51,565 nt of DNA, from NCBI GenBank assembly GCA_049320885.1, contig JBMORA010000059.1, forward strand, positions 1 to 51,565, written 5' to 3'. The stretch is from Thermodesulfobacteriota bacterium (lineage in GTDB: Bacteria; Desulfobacterota; Desulfobacteria; Desulfobacterales; SURF-7). The notes below the pieces were generated by a model. The model saw nothing but the letters and a program-made list of their open reading frames with translations. It ran no database searches and had not been told where the DNA came from. The number at the start of each line of letters is the position of its first letter. Positions within the stretch are counted from its first letter, which is position 1. Shown piece by piece: positions 1 through 9,432 of the stretch. The position numbers and the translations under genes are program-made.

Positions 1-1912
1 CCACGATTTTTTTCACGATGGTCAGACCGGCGCCGGTGCCGCCGCCATATTGATCCCGGCCGTGCAGCCGCTTAAAAAGAGTGAAAATCCGGGATAAATG
101 CTTTCGGGGGATGCCGATGCCGTTATCCGTAACCGATAGAATCCAGCCGGCATCCGGATGGTTGCTCTCTTTTTCCGCGGCGATTTCAATGTGTTTTTTT
201 GAACGGGTGTTGTATTTGATGCCGTTGTTGATCAGGTTGGAAAAAATTTCCCGGATCCGGACTTCGTCACATTCGATGGTGGGCAACGGCCTTGGAATTC
301 GGATCCGCAGGTTTTCCTCCGGATGGGTGGAACTCAGGATTTCCGCGATATCCTTGACGACCGGATTCAAATCCACCGGCCGGCGGATCAAATCCGTCCG
401 GCCGAGGCGGGAAAAATGCAGCAGCGAACTGATCAGTTCTTCCTCCCGCTTGCACAGGCGCAGAATGGCCTCGATTTTTGAACGGGCGGCGGCATCGAGC
501 TCTTCGCCGTGATCTTCCATCAGGAAAGTGGAATAATTGCTGATGGCGCGGAGCGGCTCCCGAAGATCATGGGAGGCGATATAGGCGAAGTCGTCCAGTT
601 CCTGATTACTGCGCTTTAAAGCCGCCTCGGCCTCCTTGCGTCCGGTGATGTCATGGACGATGGAGTAAAGCAGTTTTTTATTCTGCAGGGCAATGGGGCC
701 ACTGAACACTTCCACATCCCGGATGTCACCATTCGCCAGGCGGTGGCGAAAAAAAAACTGGTTTCGTTTTTCCCTCTTCGCCCGGCTCATTTCGGCAAAC
801 ACATGTTCTTCCGACAGGGTGTTGATATCCGAAATTTTCATCCGCAACATGGCTTCATGCGAATACCCATAGTAACCGCATGCGGCCGGATTGGCGTCCA
901 CGATGGCGGCGCTTGACGGATCAATGAGCAGCATGGCCGAATGGTTGTTTTCAAAAAGACTTTTATAGCGCTCCTCGCTTTTTTTCAATTCGGCTTCCAT
1001 GGCTTTCCGCGGGGAGATATCTCTCAGAATCAGAATGATCGAGGCTACTTTATCGCTGACGTCCAGCATGCGGGTGCAATGTACTTCAAAAACCTTTTGC
1101 ACGGCATCCGTGTTCACGGTGCACTCCATGCTGAGAGAGCCGCTGCTGGTTTTCTGGAATTTTTTCATGAAAGCGGCGAGCCATGGGAACAATTCCGTGA
1201 TATTTCGGCCGATCAGCCGGGGCTTTTCTTCGGTTGCCTGATCGGCTTCTTTCCCGGAAGGCCTTCCGAATTCTTCCGTTGAATAATAATAAGCCCCCGG
1301 CGCAAGCTGTATGTTTTTCAGCTCCACGGCGGCGTGATTGAGGTTGATGACCTGATGCCGGTTGTTCAAAAGGATGGAAGGATCCGTCAGGCTTTCGAAA
1401 ACGGTCAGGTACGTGTTTTTTTCATTGGTCAGGATTCGGCTTCCCTCCTGAATCTCGCTCAACAGCTTGTCCGTCCCATGACCGGCCCACTCCTGACAAA
1501 AGGCGATTTCCATCCGGTCAAAACTGCGCTCCAGAAAAAGCCGCGATCGCGACAGCCGGTTTTCGTCCCGGATGTTTTCCTCCAGGAGGTCGGCATAACT
1601 CTGGCGATAATATTTCAACAGGCCTAGGAAAAGGGCGAGGGAAACGCCTCGCTGGCGGTGGCGCCGGGCCTCGATGACGCCGAAAGTGTTCAGCGGGTCG
1701 CTCAGGAAATCATCATCCGGGCCGAAATCCGGAATGGAACGATAATGCCGGATTCCCTGGATCAGGGAGGAGGACAAACCGGCGATGGAGAGCCGCCAGG
1801 CTTCCTCCAGGGTGGAGGTGTAGCGGGTGTAATCCCTTTCCTTGGCGTACTTCAGAATGCGCCGGATAAGCCAGTCTTCGCTGTTTTGAATCAAATCAAT
1901 CAATTCCTGCAT
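1..1912 (-). CDS. PAS-domain sensor histidine kinase, Cph1/BphP-like kinase core (3' end runs off the left edge)
   Basis: Absent from the ORF track because no stop codon falls inside the window. Manual translation from ATG 1912 gives MQELIDLIQNSEDWLIRR..., a PAS domain (RYKSLFENNHSAMLLID...HDITGRK), H-box FAYIASHDLREPLR, N-box NLINNGIKY, G1 DNGIGI, FKRLH and G2 GTGAGLTIVKKIV. Confidence 0.92.
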   Translation of the reverse strand, partial: MQELIDLIQNSEDWLIRRILKYAKERDYTRYTSTLEEAWRLSIAGLSSSLIQGIRHYRSIPDFGPDDDFLSDPLNTFGVIEARRHRQRGVSLALFLGLLKYYRQSYADLLEENIRDENRLSRSRLFLERSFDRMEIAFCQEWAGHGTDKLLSEIQEGSRILTNEKNTYLTVFESLTDPSILLNNRHQVINLNHAAVELKNIQLAPGAYYYSTEEFGRPSGKEADQATEEKPRLIGRNITELFPWLAAFMKKFQKTSSGSLSMECTVNTDAVQKVFEVHCTRMLDVSDKVASIILILRDISPRKAMEAELKKSEERYKSLFENNHSAMLLIDPSSAAIVDANPAACGYYGYSHEAMLRMKISDINTLSEEHVFAEMSRAKREKRNQFFFRHRLANGDIRDVEVFSGPIALQNKKLLYSIVHDITGRKEAEAALKRSNQELDDFAYIASHDLREPLRAISNYSTFLMEDHGEELDAAARSKIEAILRLCKREEELISSLLHFSRLGRTDLIRRPVDLNPVVKDIAEILSSTHPEENLRIRIPRPLPTIECDEVRIREIFSNLINNGIKYNTRSKKHIEIAAEKESNHPDAGWILSVTDNGIGIPRKHLSRIFTLFKRLHGRDQYGGGTGAGLTIVKKIV

Positions 1913-1924
1913 GCCGAGGCCCTC

Positions 1925-3589
1925 TCATATTTCCAGCGCAACAACCCGGTTGCTTCCCTGTTTTTTGGCGGCCAGCATGGCCGATTCGGCCAATTTGAAA
2001 AGGTTGTCCGGGGAAGCGGTGGAGATATTCCGGCAGACGGCGATACCGATGCTGGCGGTTGCCTGAATCGCCGCGCCTTTGTATGCAACCGGCAGTGCTG
2101 CCAATTGGCGGAGGATGGTGTCGCATATCGATATCGCGTTATCCCGGGTTGTGCCAGGAAACAGGGCGGCCAGTTCCACTCCGCCGTAGCGGCAGGGAAT
2201 ATCGGTTTGGCGGAGTCCCGAGATCAAGAGTCGGGCGATCGCTTTTATGATATTGTCGCCGGCGTCGTGACCATAAGCCGCGTTGATGTTTTTGACGCCG
2301 TCCAGGTGTAGGATGCAAAAGGCCAGGGGAGGATCGTCTGTTTCCGGTTCTCCGATTTTCCGATTCAGGATTTCCCTGAAGTGTTTTCGGTTGTAGAGGC
2401 CGGTCAACTCGTCCCGGGAAGCGAGTTCGGCGGCCTGTTTCAAGGCCTCTTTCGTCTGCTGCTTCAGGTGGGTTTTTTCCAGGCTGTTCCGTATGATCCG
2501 GGAAAGAGCTTTCCGGGAGATCCGGGATTTGGGTAGATAGTCGCAGGCGCCGGCCTGAATCATTCTGGCGGCGGCGATTTCGTCCCACCGGGCGGCGAGG
2601 ATGACCACCGGAATGTCCTGGCCCCGGCGATCCAATTCCAGCAGGAAATCGACATCCAGGCCGGCGGGCGGGGCATCTGCCAGAAAAATCAGATGAATAC
2701 CGCCGGATTCTGCGATCTGCAAAGCCTCGGCATGATCCATGGCCCGCCGGATGCAAATATCCCTGTTGTCCTTCAATAGTTTTTGGAGGCGGTGAAAATC
2801 CTCTTCATTGTTTTCCACAACAAGCAGATTGACGGCCTGGTTGATTTCCAGAATCGATGTTCTGCCGACATAGGGCCTCACCTCATGTTGACGGATATTC
2901 TGGATTTTCTGGACAATAGCGGCGATACGATCGGCTGCTTGCTGAATTTTGGCAATGTAGGAACTGGATTTTTCCGTATTCTGCCGATGCAATTCCAGCA
3001 GCTGAACATTTCCCAACAACGCCATGAGGGGTTGATTCAGTTCGTGGGCGGTGGCTCCTGCCATTTGCAGGAGTACCTTCAGCCGCTCTTCTTCGAGCAG
3101 GGCCTTCTGTTGTTCGATGATGCGCTGGTTGGCTTTTTCCAGTTCGAAAAGATTGGTTTTCAGCTTCGCGTTGGTTTGTCGCAGTTCCTGCTCCGTCTGT
3201 TTTTTTTCCATGGCGTGGCGGATGGTCCGGATCAAAAGGTCATGGTTCAGGGCGCCTTTCACCAGATAATCCGTTGCTCCCTTCTTCATGGCCTGGACGG
3301 CGATCATTTCATTTCCCTGGCCGGTCAGCACAATGGTCGGAACGTCTGCCGTGCTGTCGTCTCCGGTTATTTTTTCCAATAGCTCAAGCCCGTCCATGTC
3401 GGGCAGATTGTAATCCAAGAGGATGCAATCGATTTCGCGGTTGCGGAGAAGTTGAAGCCCTTCGGCGGCGGTTTCGGTTTCGAACAGGCGGTATTCCACG
3501 GTTTTGGTTTTACCCAGCAGGCGGCGATAGAGGAAGGCGTCTTCCGGATTGTCCTCGATGGCCAAAATGTTGATAACCCGGTTGTTCAT
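1925..3589 (-). CDS. Hybrid regulator: REC - HisKA-like helix - pseudo-REC - degenerate GGDEF
   Basis: N-terminal REC (IEDNPED, LLDYNLP, YLVK); ATAHELNQPL H-box with no ATPase domain; a second REC-like domain; DELTGLYNR...YGHDAGD...RQTDIPCRYGGVEL. Confidence 0.88.
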   Translation of the reverse strand: MNNRVINILAIEDNPEDAFLYRRLLGKTKTVEYRLFETETAAEGLQLLRNREIDCILLDYNLPDMDGLELLEKITGDDSTADVPTIVLTGQGNEMIAVQAMKKGATDYLVKGALNHDLLIRTIRHAMEKKQTEQELRQTNAKLKTNLFELEKANQRIIEQQKALLEEERLKVLLQMAGATAHELNQPLMALLGNVQLLELHRQNTEKSSSYIAKIQQAADRIAAIVQKIQNIRQHEVRPYVGRTSILEINQAVNLLVVENNEEDFHRLQKLLKDNRDICIRRAMDHAEALQIAESGGIHLIFLADAPPAGLDVDFLLELDRRGQDIPVVILAARWDEIAAARMIQAGACDYLPKSRISRKALSRIIRNSLEKTHLKQQTKEALKQAAELASRDELTGLYNRKHFREILNRKIGEPETDDPPLAFCILHLDGVKNINAAYGHDAGDNIIKAIARLLISGLRQTDIPCRYGGVELAALFPGTTRDNAISICDTILRQLAALPVAYKGAAIQATASIGIAVCRNISTASPDNLFKLAESAMLAAKKQGSNRVVALEI

Positions 3590-4042
3590 TTACACGTGCT
3601 CTTCTTTCGGAAATACGGCGATTTCGAACCAGAAATTTTTAAACCGCTGGATGGCCTCGATGTAGGAAGCCAAGGTGATGGGTTTGCAGATATAGCTGTT
3701 GGCGCCGGCGGCGTAACAGTTGTCGATATCGTGCTGTTCGCAGGAAGTTGTAAGGATAATGACCGGGATTGTTTTCAGCTGGAGGTCTTTCTTGATTTCG
3801 CCCAGTACTTCCCGGCCGTCGGTTCCCGGTAAATTCAGATCCAGCAGGATCAGGCCCGGTCGCGGGGATCGGGCGGGGTCGGAATATCTGCCGCGCCGAA
3901 AAAGATAGTCGATGGCTTCATCGCCGGTTTCGCAATGAATGATGGGATTGGCCAACCCGCATCTCTGGAACGCCCTTATGGTCGCTTCCTGATCCTCGGG
4001 ACTGTCCTCGATCAGAAGAATCGGTTGCTTCATTTTGCTCAT
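3590..4042 (-). CDS. Single-domain response regulator, Rcp1-like
   Basis: LLIEDSPED, LLDLNLPGTDGREVL, IPVIILTTS, GANSYICKP and a C-terminal FW, typical of the Rcp1-type partners of Cph1-like kinases. Confidence 0.92.
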   Translation of the reverse strand: MSKMKQPILLIEDSPEDQEATIRAFQRCGLANPIIHCETGDEAIDYLFRRGRYSDPARSPRPGLILLDLNLPGTDGREVLGEIKKDLQLKTIPVIILTTSCEQHDIDNCYAAGANSYICKPITLASYIEAIQRFKNFWFEIAVFPKEEHV

Positions 4043-4281
4043 GGAAAAATCCCTGTTGTCCGGAGTTGAGTGCCGCCGTTGTTCCGTTTGTCCGGTCCTG
4101 GCTCTGGTCGGCGCCGATGACCGCCAATCGGCTTCCGCGGTTATCGGGTGCGAATAATCGCTTCGGTGGTTGTCGTGCTGAAATGAACGAACGGATGCAA
4201 CCGTTTTTATATACGTAGATATCCAAGTCCTGAAGTAGCTGAAACTATATCAGAGTATTGGGAGGATATCAATCAAAAAAC

Positions 4282-4311
4282 TTGACAAGCGCGTATCCTG
4301 GGTAGTAAAAT
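4282..4311 (+). promoter_or_regulatory. Putative sigma70 promoter of the ABC/CoA-ligase operon
   Basis: TTGACA (4282-4287) - 18 nt - TAAAAT (4306-4311) in an AT-rich intergenic region. Confidence 0.6.
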
Positions 4312-4325
4312 TGTTTACAATACAT

Positions 4326-4343
4326 TGAATGAGCGCTCGATCA
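4326..4343. promoter_or_regulatory. Imperfect palindrome, candidate TetR-family operator
   Basis: TGAATGAGCGCTCGATCA; 14 of 18 positions are self-complementary; it lies just downstream of the -10 box. Confidence 0.45.
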
Positions 4344-4563
4344 TCAGGCGCTGATTACTATCGTTTTCTCGTATCGTCACTTATCTCCGTCAGCATTTTT
4401 CTGTTTTCAATAAGGTTTCGGTAATGACTTTTCGTCGCACGATGACGGCATCCAGAGGTATTATCCCATATCATCAAAATAATCGTTTCCCTTTTTTTAT
4501 CGGCAAGGCGGAACTCCTGAATCGGTGCAACCGGCTGTAAAACGCGCGAAAGGATGAGCCTAC

Positions 4564-5385
4564 GTGAGTGATTCGCATGAACGCAGTATTGGAGATGTCC
4601 TGCTGGAGTTGAAAGATGTCAACATGCATTTCGGTAAAGTGCGGGCCCTTGCCGGCGTGAACCTCGCGGTGCGCAAGGGTGAGATCCATTCGGTGATCGG
4701 ACCCAACGGAGCAGGAAAGACCGTGATGATGAATGTGATCAGCGGTCTGTATCGGCCCCAGAGAGGTGAAATCCATTATCAAGGGAGAAGGATCAATCAC
4801 CTGAAGCCTTATGAACGGGCATCCATTGGCATATCCCGGACTTTCCAGAAGGTGGAAGTGTTCGGCGGCATGACGGTGCTGGACAATATTCGTCTGGGCC
4901 GCCATATTCACATGAAATCGGGGATTCTGGGCGGAGCGCTGTATTTTGGAAAAACAGCCCGGGAGGAAATCGAACATCGGGAGTTCATCGAACAGGAAAT
5001 TATTGATTTTCTGGAAATCGAACAGCTGCGCCATAAACCGGTGGGCATGCTGCCCTATGGACTACAGAAACGGGTCGAGTTGGGGCGGGCCCTGGCCCTG
5101 GAACCGGAACTGCTGATTCTCGATGAGCCTCTGGCCGGACTCAACCTGGAAGAAACCGAGGATATGGCGCGGTTTATTCTCGACATCAACGAGGAGAAAC
5201 GCTGGCGGGTCACTTGTTTATTGGTGGAACACGACATGGGGGTGGTGATGGATCTGTCTGATCGGGTTTTTGTATTGAATTTCGGGAACATGATCATGGA
5301 TGGAACTCCCGCGGAAGTTCAGCACAATCCGGAAGTCATCAAAGCCTATCTGGGGGAAGAGGAGCTATATGCCACAAGGGGGTAA
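4564..5385 (+). CDS. ABC transporter ATP-binding protein, LivG-like
   Basis: Walker A GPNGAGKT, LPYGLQKRVELGRAL, Walker B LLILDEP, VEHDM and C-terminal VIKAYLG; GTG start. Confidence 0.93.
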   Translation: MSDSHERSIGDVLLELKDVNMHFGKVRALAGVNLAVRKGEIHSVIGPNGAGKTVMMNVISGLYRPQRGEIHYQGRRINHLKPYERASIGISRTFQKVEVFGGMTVLDNIRLGRHIHMKSGILGGALYFGKTAREEIEHREFIEQEIIDFLEIEQLRHKPVGMLPYGLQKRVELGRALALEPELLILDEPLAGLNLEETEDMARFILDINEEKRWRVTCLLVEHDMGVVMDLSDRVFVLNFGNMIMDGTPAEVQHNPEVIKAYLGEEELYATRG

Positions 5386-7315
5386 TGCCGTGGAGGATAA
5401 ACCGGAAAACATCATCGGGAAGGAGCTGACGATTCCGAAACTCTTCCTTCGGCAGGCCAAGCGTTTCGGCGAGAAGCGGGTCGCCATGAGAGAAAAGGAA
5501 TTCGGTATCTGGCGGCCGATCACTTGGCGGGATTATCTGGACAACGTCAAATATCTCACCCTCGGCCTGGTCAAACTCGGCTTGAAAAAAAACGACAAGG
5601 TCGCCATGATCGGCGATAACCGTCCGGAAGGGTTATGGGCCGAAATGGCCGCGGTATGCGCTGGCGGGGTCGGCGTCTGGCTTTTTCAGGACTGCCTGAT
5701 CGAAGAAGTAAAATACATCATCGACCATTCGGATTCAAAATTCCTGTTCGGCGAAACCCAGGAGGAGGTCGATAAAGCCCTCTCCATCATGCGGGAATGT
5801 CCGAAGCTGCAAAAAATCATCTGGGATGATCCCAAGGGAATGCGCAATTATCACCAGGATTGTCTGATAAGTTTGAACGCGGTCATGGAGTTGGGCCGGG
5901 ATTTGGACAGGGAGCAGCCCGGGCTGTTTGAGGAGCTTGTCCAGTCGGGACACGGCGATGATGTGGCCCTGCTGTTTTACACTTCGGGAACGACATCGCT
6001 CCCCAAAGGGGCGCTGCTTTCCCATAACAACATGCTGACCATGGGCAAGCATCTGATGGAAGTCGACCCTTGTCTGCCCACGGACGATTATGTTTCCTAT
6101 CTGCCGTTCGCCTGGATCGGCGAACAGATGATGTCCATTTCTTGCGGGCTGCAAATCGGCTACACCATCAATTTTCCCGAGGGGCCCGGCACCGCCCAGG
6201 AGAATATCCGCGAAATCGGCCCTCACGTCATGTTCGCCCCTCCGCGCATGTGGGAACAAATGACCAGGAGCATACAGGTGAAGCACCTGGACGCCACCTG
6301 GACCAAACGGAAATGCTTCCAGGCCGCCTCCCGCATCGGGTATCGAATGGCGGACATGAAATTCAAAAAGAAAACCATCCCCTGGTACTGGAAGGCTATG
6401 GATTATGTGGCCAAGATTTGCGTTCAGAATAAAATCAAGGATCACCTCGGACTCACCAACGTGCGCAACGCCTATACGGGAGGGGCCGCCATGGGGCCGG
6501 ATCATTTCCGGTTTTTTCACTCCCTGGGCGTCAATCTCAAACAGATTTACGGACAAACGGAAGTGGCCGGGATCTCCGTCGTGCACCGCAGCGGTGATAT
6601 CAAGTTCGATACCGTGGGAATTCCGATCCCGGGTACGGAAGTCAGGATCACCCCCGAGGGAGAAATCATCACCCGAAGTTCATCCGTGTTTCTCGGATAC
6701 TACAAGAATCCTTCGGCGACGACCAAGGCCCTGAGGGACGGCTGGTTGTATTCGGATGACAAGGGGTTTATCGATGACGACGGGCATCTGGTGGTGTTCG
6801 ATCGCACCAAGGACGTATTCACGCTGAAAGACGGTAAACCGTTTTCACCCCAGTACCTGGAGACCCGGCTCAAATTCAGCCCCTACATCACCGACTCCTG
6901 GGTCATCGGCGACAAAAAAGACTATATCACGGCGGTCCTGTGTATTGACTACGCGGTGGTGGGGAAATGGGCCGATGATAAAAAAATCAATTATACCAGT
7001 TACCAGGAACTCTCCCAGAAACCGGAAGTCTATTCGCTGATTGAGAAGCAGATTATCCAGGCCAATAAAGACCTTCCCGAATCAGCCAAGGTAAGAAAGT
7101 TCACCAATCTATACAAAACGCTGGATGCCGATGACGATGAACTGACCCGAACCCGCAAACTGCGGCGGGCGTTTGTGGAGAAACGCTACCAGGATATCGT
7201 CAATGCCCTGTATTCGGATGCGGAAGCAGTGCATATCGACACCGCCATCAAATACGAGGATGGCCGGCAGGCGCATATCAAAACGGATATGCAGATACGG
7301 AAGTTGAAAGACTGA
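5369..7315 (+). CDS. Long-chain acyl-CoA synthetase (AMP-binding, FadD/ACSL-like)
   Basis: YTSGTTSLPKG AMP-binding motif, YGQTE, and LTRTRKLRR near the C-terminus. The start is ATG 5369 or GTG 5390 rather than 5300. Confidence 0.9.
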   Translation: MPQGGNAVEDKPENIIGKELTIPKLFLRQAKRFGEKRVAMREKEFGIWRPITWRDYLDNVKYLTLGLVKLGLKKNDKVAMIGDNRPEGLWAEMAAVCAGGVGVWLFQDCLIEEVKYIIDHSDSKFLFGETQEEVDKALSIMRECPKLQKIIWDDPKGMRNYHQDCLISLNAVMELGRDLDREQPGLFEELVQSGHGDDVALLFYTSGTTSLPKGALLSHNNMLTMGKHLMEVDPCLPTDDYVSYLPFAWIGEQMMSISCGLQIGYTINFPEGPGTAQENIREIGPHVMFAPPRMWEQMTRSIQVKHLDATWTKRKCFQAASRIGYRMADMKFKKKTIPWYWKAMDYVAKICVQNKIKDHLGLTNVRNAYTGGAAMGPDHFRFFHSLGVNLKQIYGQTEVAGISVVHRSGDIKFDTVGIPIPGTEVRITPEGEIITRSSSVFLGYYKNPSATTKALRDGWLYSDDKGFIDDDGHLVVFDRTKDVFTLKDGKPFSPQYLETRLKFSPYITDSWVIGDKKDYITAVLCIDYAVVGKWADDKKINYTSYQELSQKPEVYSLIEKQIIQANKDLPESAKVRKFTNLYKTLDADDDELTRTRKLRRAFVEKRYQDIVNALYSDAEAVHIDTAIKYEDGRQAHIKTDMQIRKLKD

Positions 7316-7334
7316 AGCGCAAAGGAGAATCCTG

Positions 7335-8219
7335 ATGGATTTGCTGCTCATGACGATCACCACCGGGGTAATGGTCGGCGGCATTTACGCCCTGGTGGCT
7401 TTGGGCTGGGTGTTGATTTATAAATGCTCCGGCGTACTGAACCTGGCCATGGGAGAAATGACCTTGATCGGGGCCTATGTTTCCCTCAGTTTTTATTCCA
7501 TGGGGATCCCGTTCATCCTTTCCCTTATAATATCCCTGGTCATCGGCTTTTTCCTGGGAGTTCTGACGGAGAGGATTTTTCTGGACAAGCTGATCGGGGA
7601 GCCGGTTCTGACGGTGATCATGGTGACGGTGGGGCTTTCGTTTTTTTTCAAGGGAACGGTTGAATTTATCTGGGGCACCGACACCCAGGTCTTCACGCCG
7701 GCGGTTTTTTCCTTCGAGCCCATCCGGATCGGTCCATTGGTCATCGGGCGGGTATATTTGTGGAGTTTTGTCGCCGCCATTATTTTACTGGTGATTTTCA
7801 TGGCGTTTTTCAAATACACCCGCTGGGGGCTGGCCATGCAGGCCACCGCCGACGATGAAATGGCGGCCCTGTCCATCGGCATCAGCGCGCGGTTCGTTTA
7901 TGCAATCGCCTGGGCCATCGCCTTCATGGCCGCGGGCGTTGGTGGTACGCTGCTCGGCAATATCAATGGATTGAATATTTCCGTGGGTTATCTGGGGTTG
8001 CTGGTCCTGCCGGCCGTTGTGCTGGGGGGACTCAATTCCGTTCCGGGGGCCATCGTCGGCGGAATCGTCATCGGCATTCTGCAGAACCTGTGCGGCGCCT
8101 ACCTGGATCAGTATGTGCCCGGCGGCGTGAAAGAGATCGCCCCCTTTGCCTTCATGGCGGTCTTTTTGTTGTTCAAGCCATACGGCTTATGGGGCTGGGA
8201 AAGAATTGAACGCGTCTGA
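7335..8219 (+). CDS. Branched-chain amino acid-type ABC permease, LivH-like
   Basis: GGIYALVALGWVLIYKCSGVLNLAMGE, TRWGLAMQATADD and VVLGGLNS; hydrophobic; AAGGAG RBS upstream. Confidence 0.93.
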   Translation: MDLLLMTITTGVMVGGIYALVALGWVLIYKCSGVLNLAMGEMTLIGAYVSLSFYSMGIPFILSLIISLVIGFFLGVLTERIFLDKLIGEPVLTVIMVTVGLSFFFKGTVEFIWGTDTQVFTPAVFSFEPIRIGPLVIGRVYLWSFVAAIILLVIFMAFFKYTRWGLAMQATADDEMAALSIGISARFVYAIAWAIAFMAAGVGGTLLGNINGLNISVGYLGLLVLPAVVLGGLNSVPGAIVGGIVIGILQNLCGAYLDQYVPGGVKEIAPFAFMAVFLLFKPYGLWGWERIERV

Positions 8220-8254
8220 TCAGGCCTGACCGAAGATTGTAGAGGGGAAAAACC

Positions 8255-9355
8255 ATGTCGACCACTTTTTTGCCTTGCGGGACCTACCATGAAAATTACG
8301 GCCAGGATCATGCCTGGTGGCAGACCCGGTTCATCCGGGGTAAAATGGCCCTGCTGTTTCTGGTTCTCTTTGTTTTGATTCCCTGGTTTGCGGATTCCTA
8401 TTGGCTGAGCGTCTGCAACCAGATCGGCTATACGGTTCTCGGTGCCCTGGGCGTTCAGCTGCTGATCGGTTTCTGCGGTCAGGTCACCCTCGGCCATGCC
8501 GCTTTTCTGGCCGTGGGCGCCTACACCAGCACGCTGCTGATTCTGGAGCTTCCCTGGCCGGCCGTCCTCCTCGATTGGGGGCTGGCCTATCCCATCAGCA
8601 TTCTGATCTCCGCCGTCATCGCCGGTCTGTGGAGTGTTCTCTTCGGTCTGCCGTCCGCCAGGGTGAAGGGATTCTATCTGATTCTAACCACCATGGCGGC
8701 CCAGTTCATCACCGTGGATTTCATCATCACCCAGTATGTCAGCCAGATCGGTGGCAGGGGCCAGGCCTTTTCCCTGCCGCCGGGCACCATCAAGGTGGGG
8801 ATCTGGGTGATCGACACGGATTTGAAGGTCTATATCATGATGCTCGTGCTGGTGACCCTCAGCGTAATGGGTGTCGTCAATCTTTTGCGCTCACGGGTCG
8901 GCAGGGCCTGGGTCGCCATCCGGGACAACGATATCTCGGCGGAGGTCATGGGCATCAATGTGGTGAAATACAAACTGTTCGCTTTTTTCGTCGCCGGGTT
9001 CATCGGCGGGCTCGCCGGCGCTTTCTGGATCAGCAATCTGGCAGCCATCAGCCCGGAGCATTTTCCATGGTTCTGGTCCCTGTGGCTGGTGGGTGTGATT
9101 CTGATCGGCGGTGTGGGCTCGGTCCACGGCGCGATTTACGGTTCCGTTTTCATGGTGGTGGTGATGGAGCTGCTGCAGTTTGCGGTCATGCCGCTGGCGG
9201 ATACCTTTCCGAAGCTGCTGATGGATTTTTTGTTCATCAAGGAAGCTGTTTTCGGATTGGCCATTTGCGCCTTCATGATCTTCGAGCCCAACGGACTTTC
9301 CTACCGGTGGTGGCAGATGAAAAATTACTTCAACCTGTGGCCGTTTTCCTACTAG
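8255..9355 (+). CDS. Branched-chain amino acid-type ABC permease, LivM-like
   Basis: GFCGQVTLGHAAF, RVKGFYL, SRVGRAWVAIRDND and ILIGGVGS. Confidence 0.93.
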   Translation: MSTTFLPCGTYHENYGQDHAWWQTRFIRGKMALLFLVLFVLIPWFADSYWLSVCNQIGYTVLGALGVQLLIGFCGQVTLGHAAFLAVGAYTSTLLILELPWPAVLLDWGLAYPISILISAVIAGLWSVLFGLPSARVKGFYLILTTMAAQFITVDFIITQYVSQIGGRGQAFSLPPGTIKVGIWVIDTDLKVYIMMLVLVTLSVMGVVNLLRSRVGRAWVAIRDNDISAEVMGINVVKYKLFAFFVAGFIGGLAGAFWISNLAAISPEHFPWFWSLWLVGVILIGGVGSVHGAIYGSVFMVVVMELLQFAVMPLADTFPKLLMDFLFIKEAVFGLAICAFMIFEPNGLSYRWWQMKNYFNLWPFSY

Positions 9356-9432
9356 GCTCATCTCGGGTTGATATCGATGGAAAGGAAGCAACCGGATTAC
9401 CGGCAAACCTGGACAGAGAGGAGAAAAAGCAC

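Noticed and set aside
8401..9432. 756-aa ORF extending the binding protein upstream
   Set aside because: The extension overlaps the LivM-like gene in another frame; the signal peptide and RBS point to ATG 9433.
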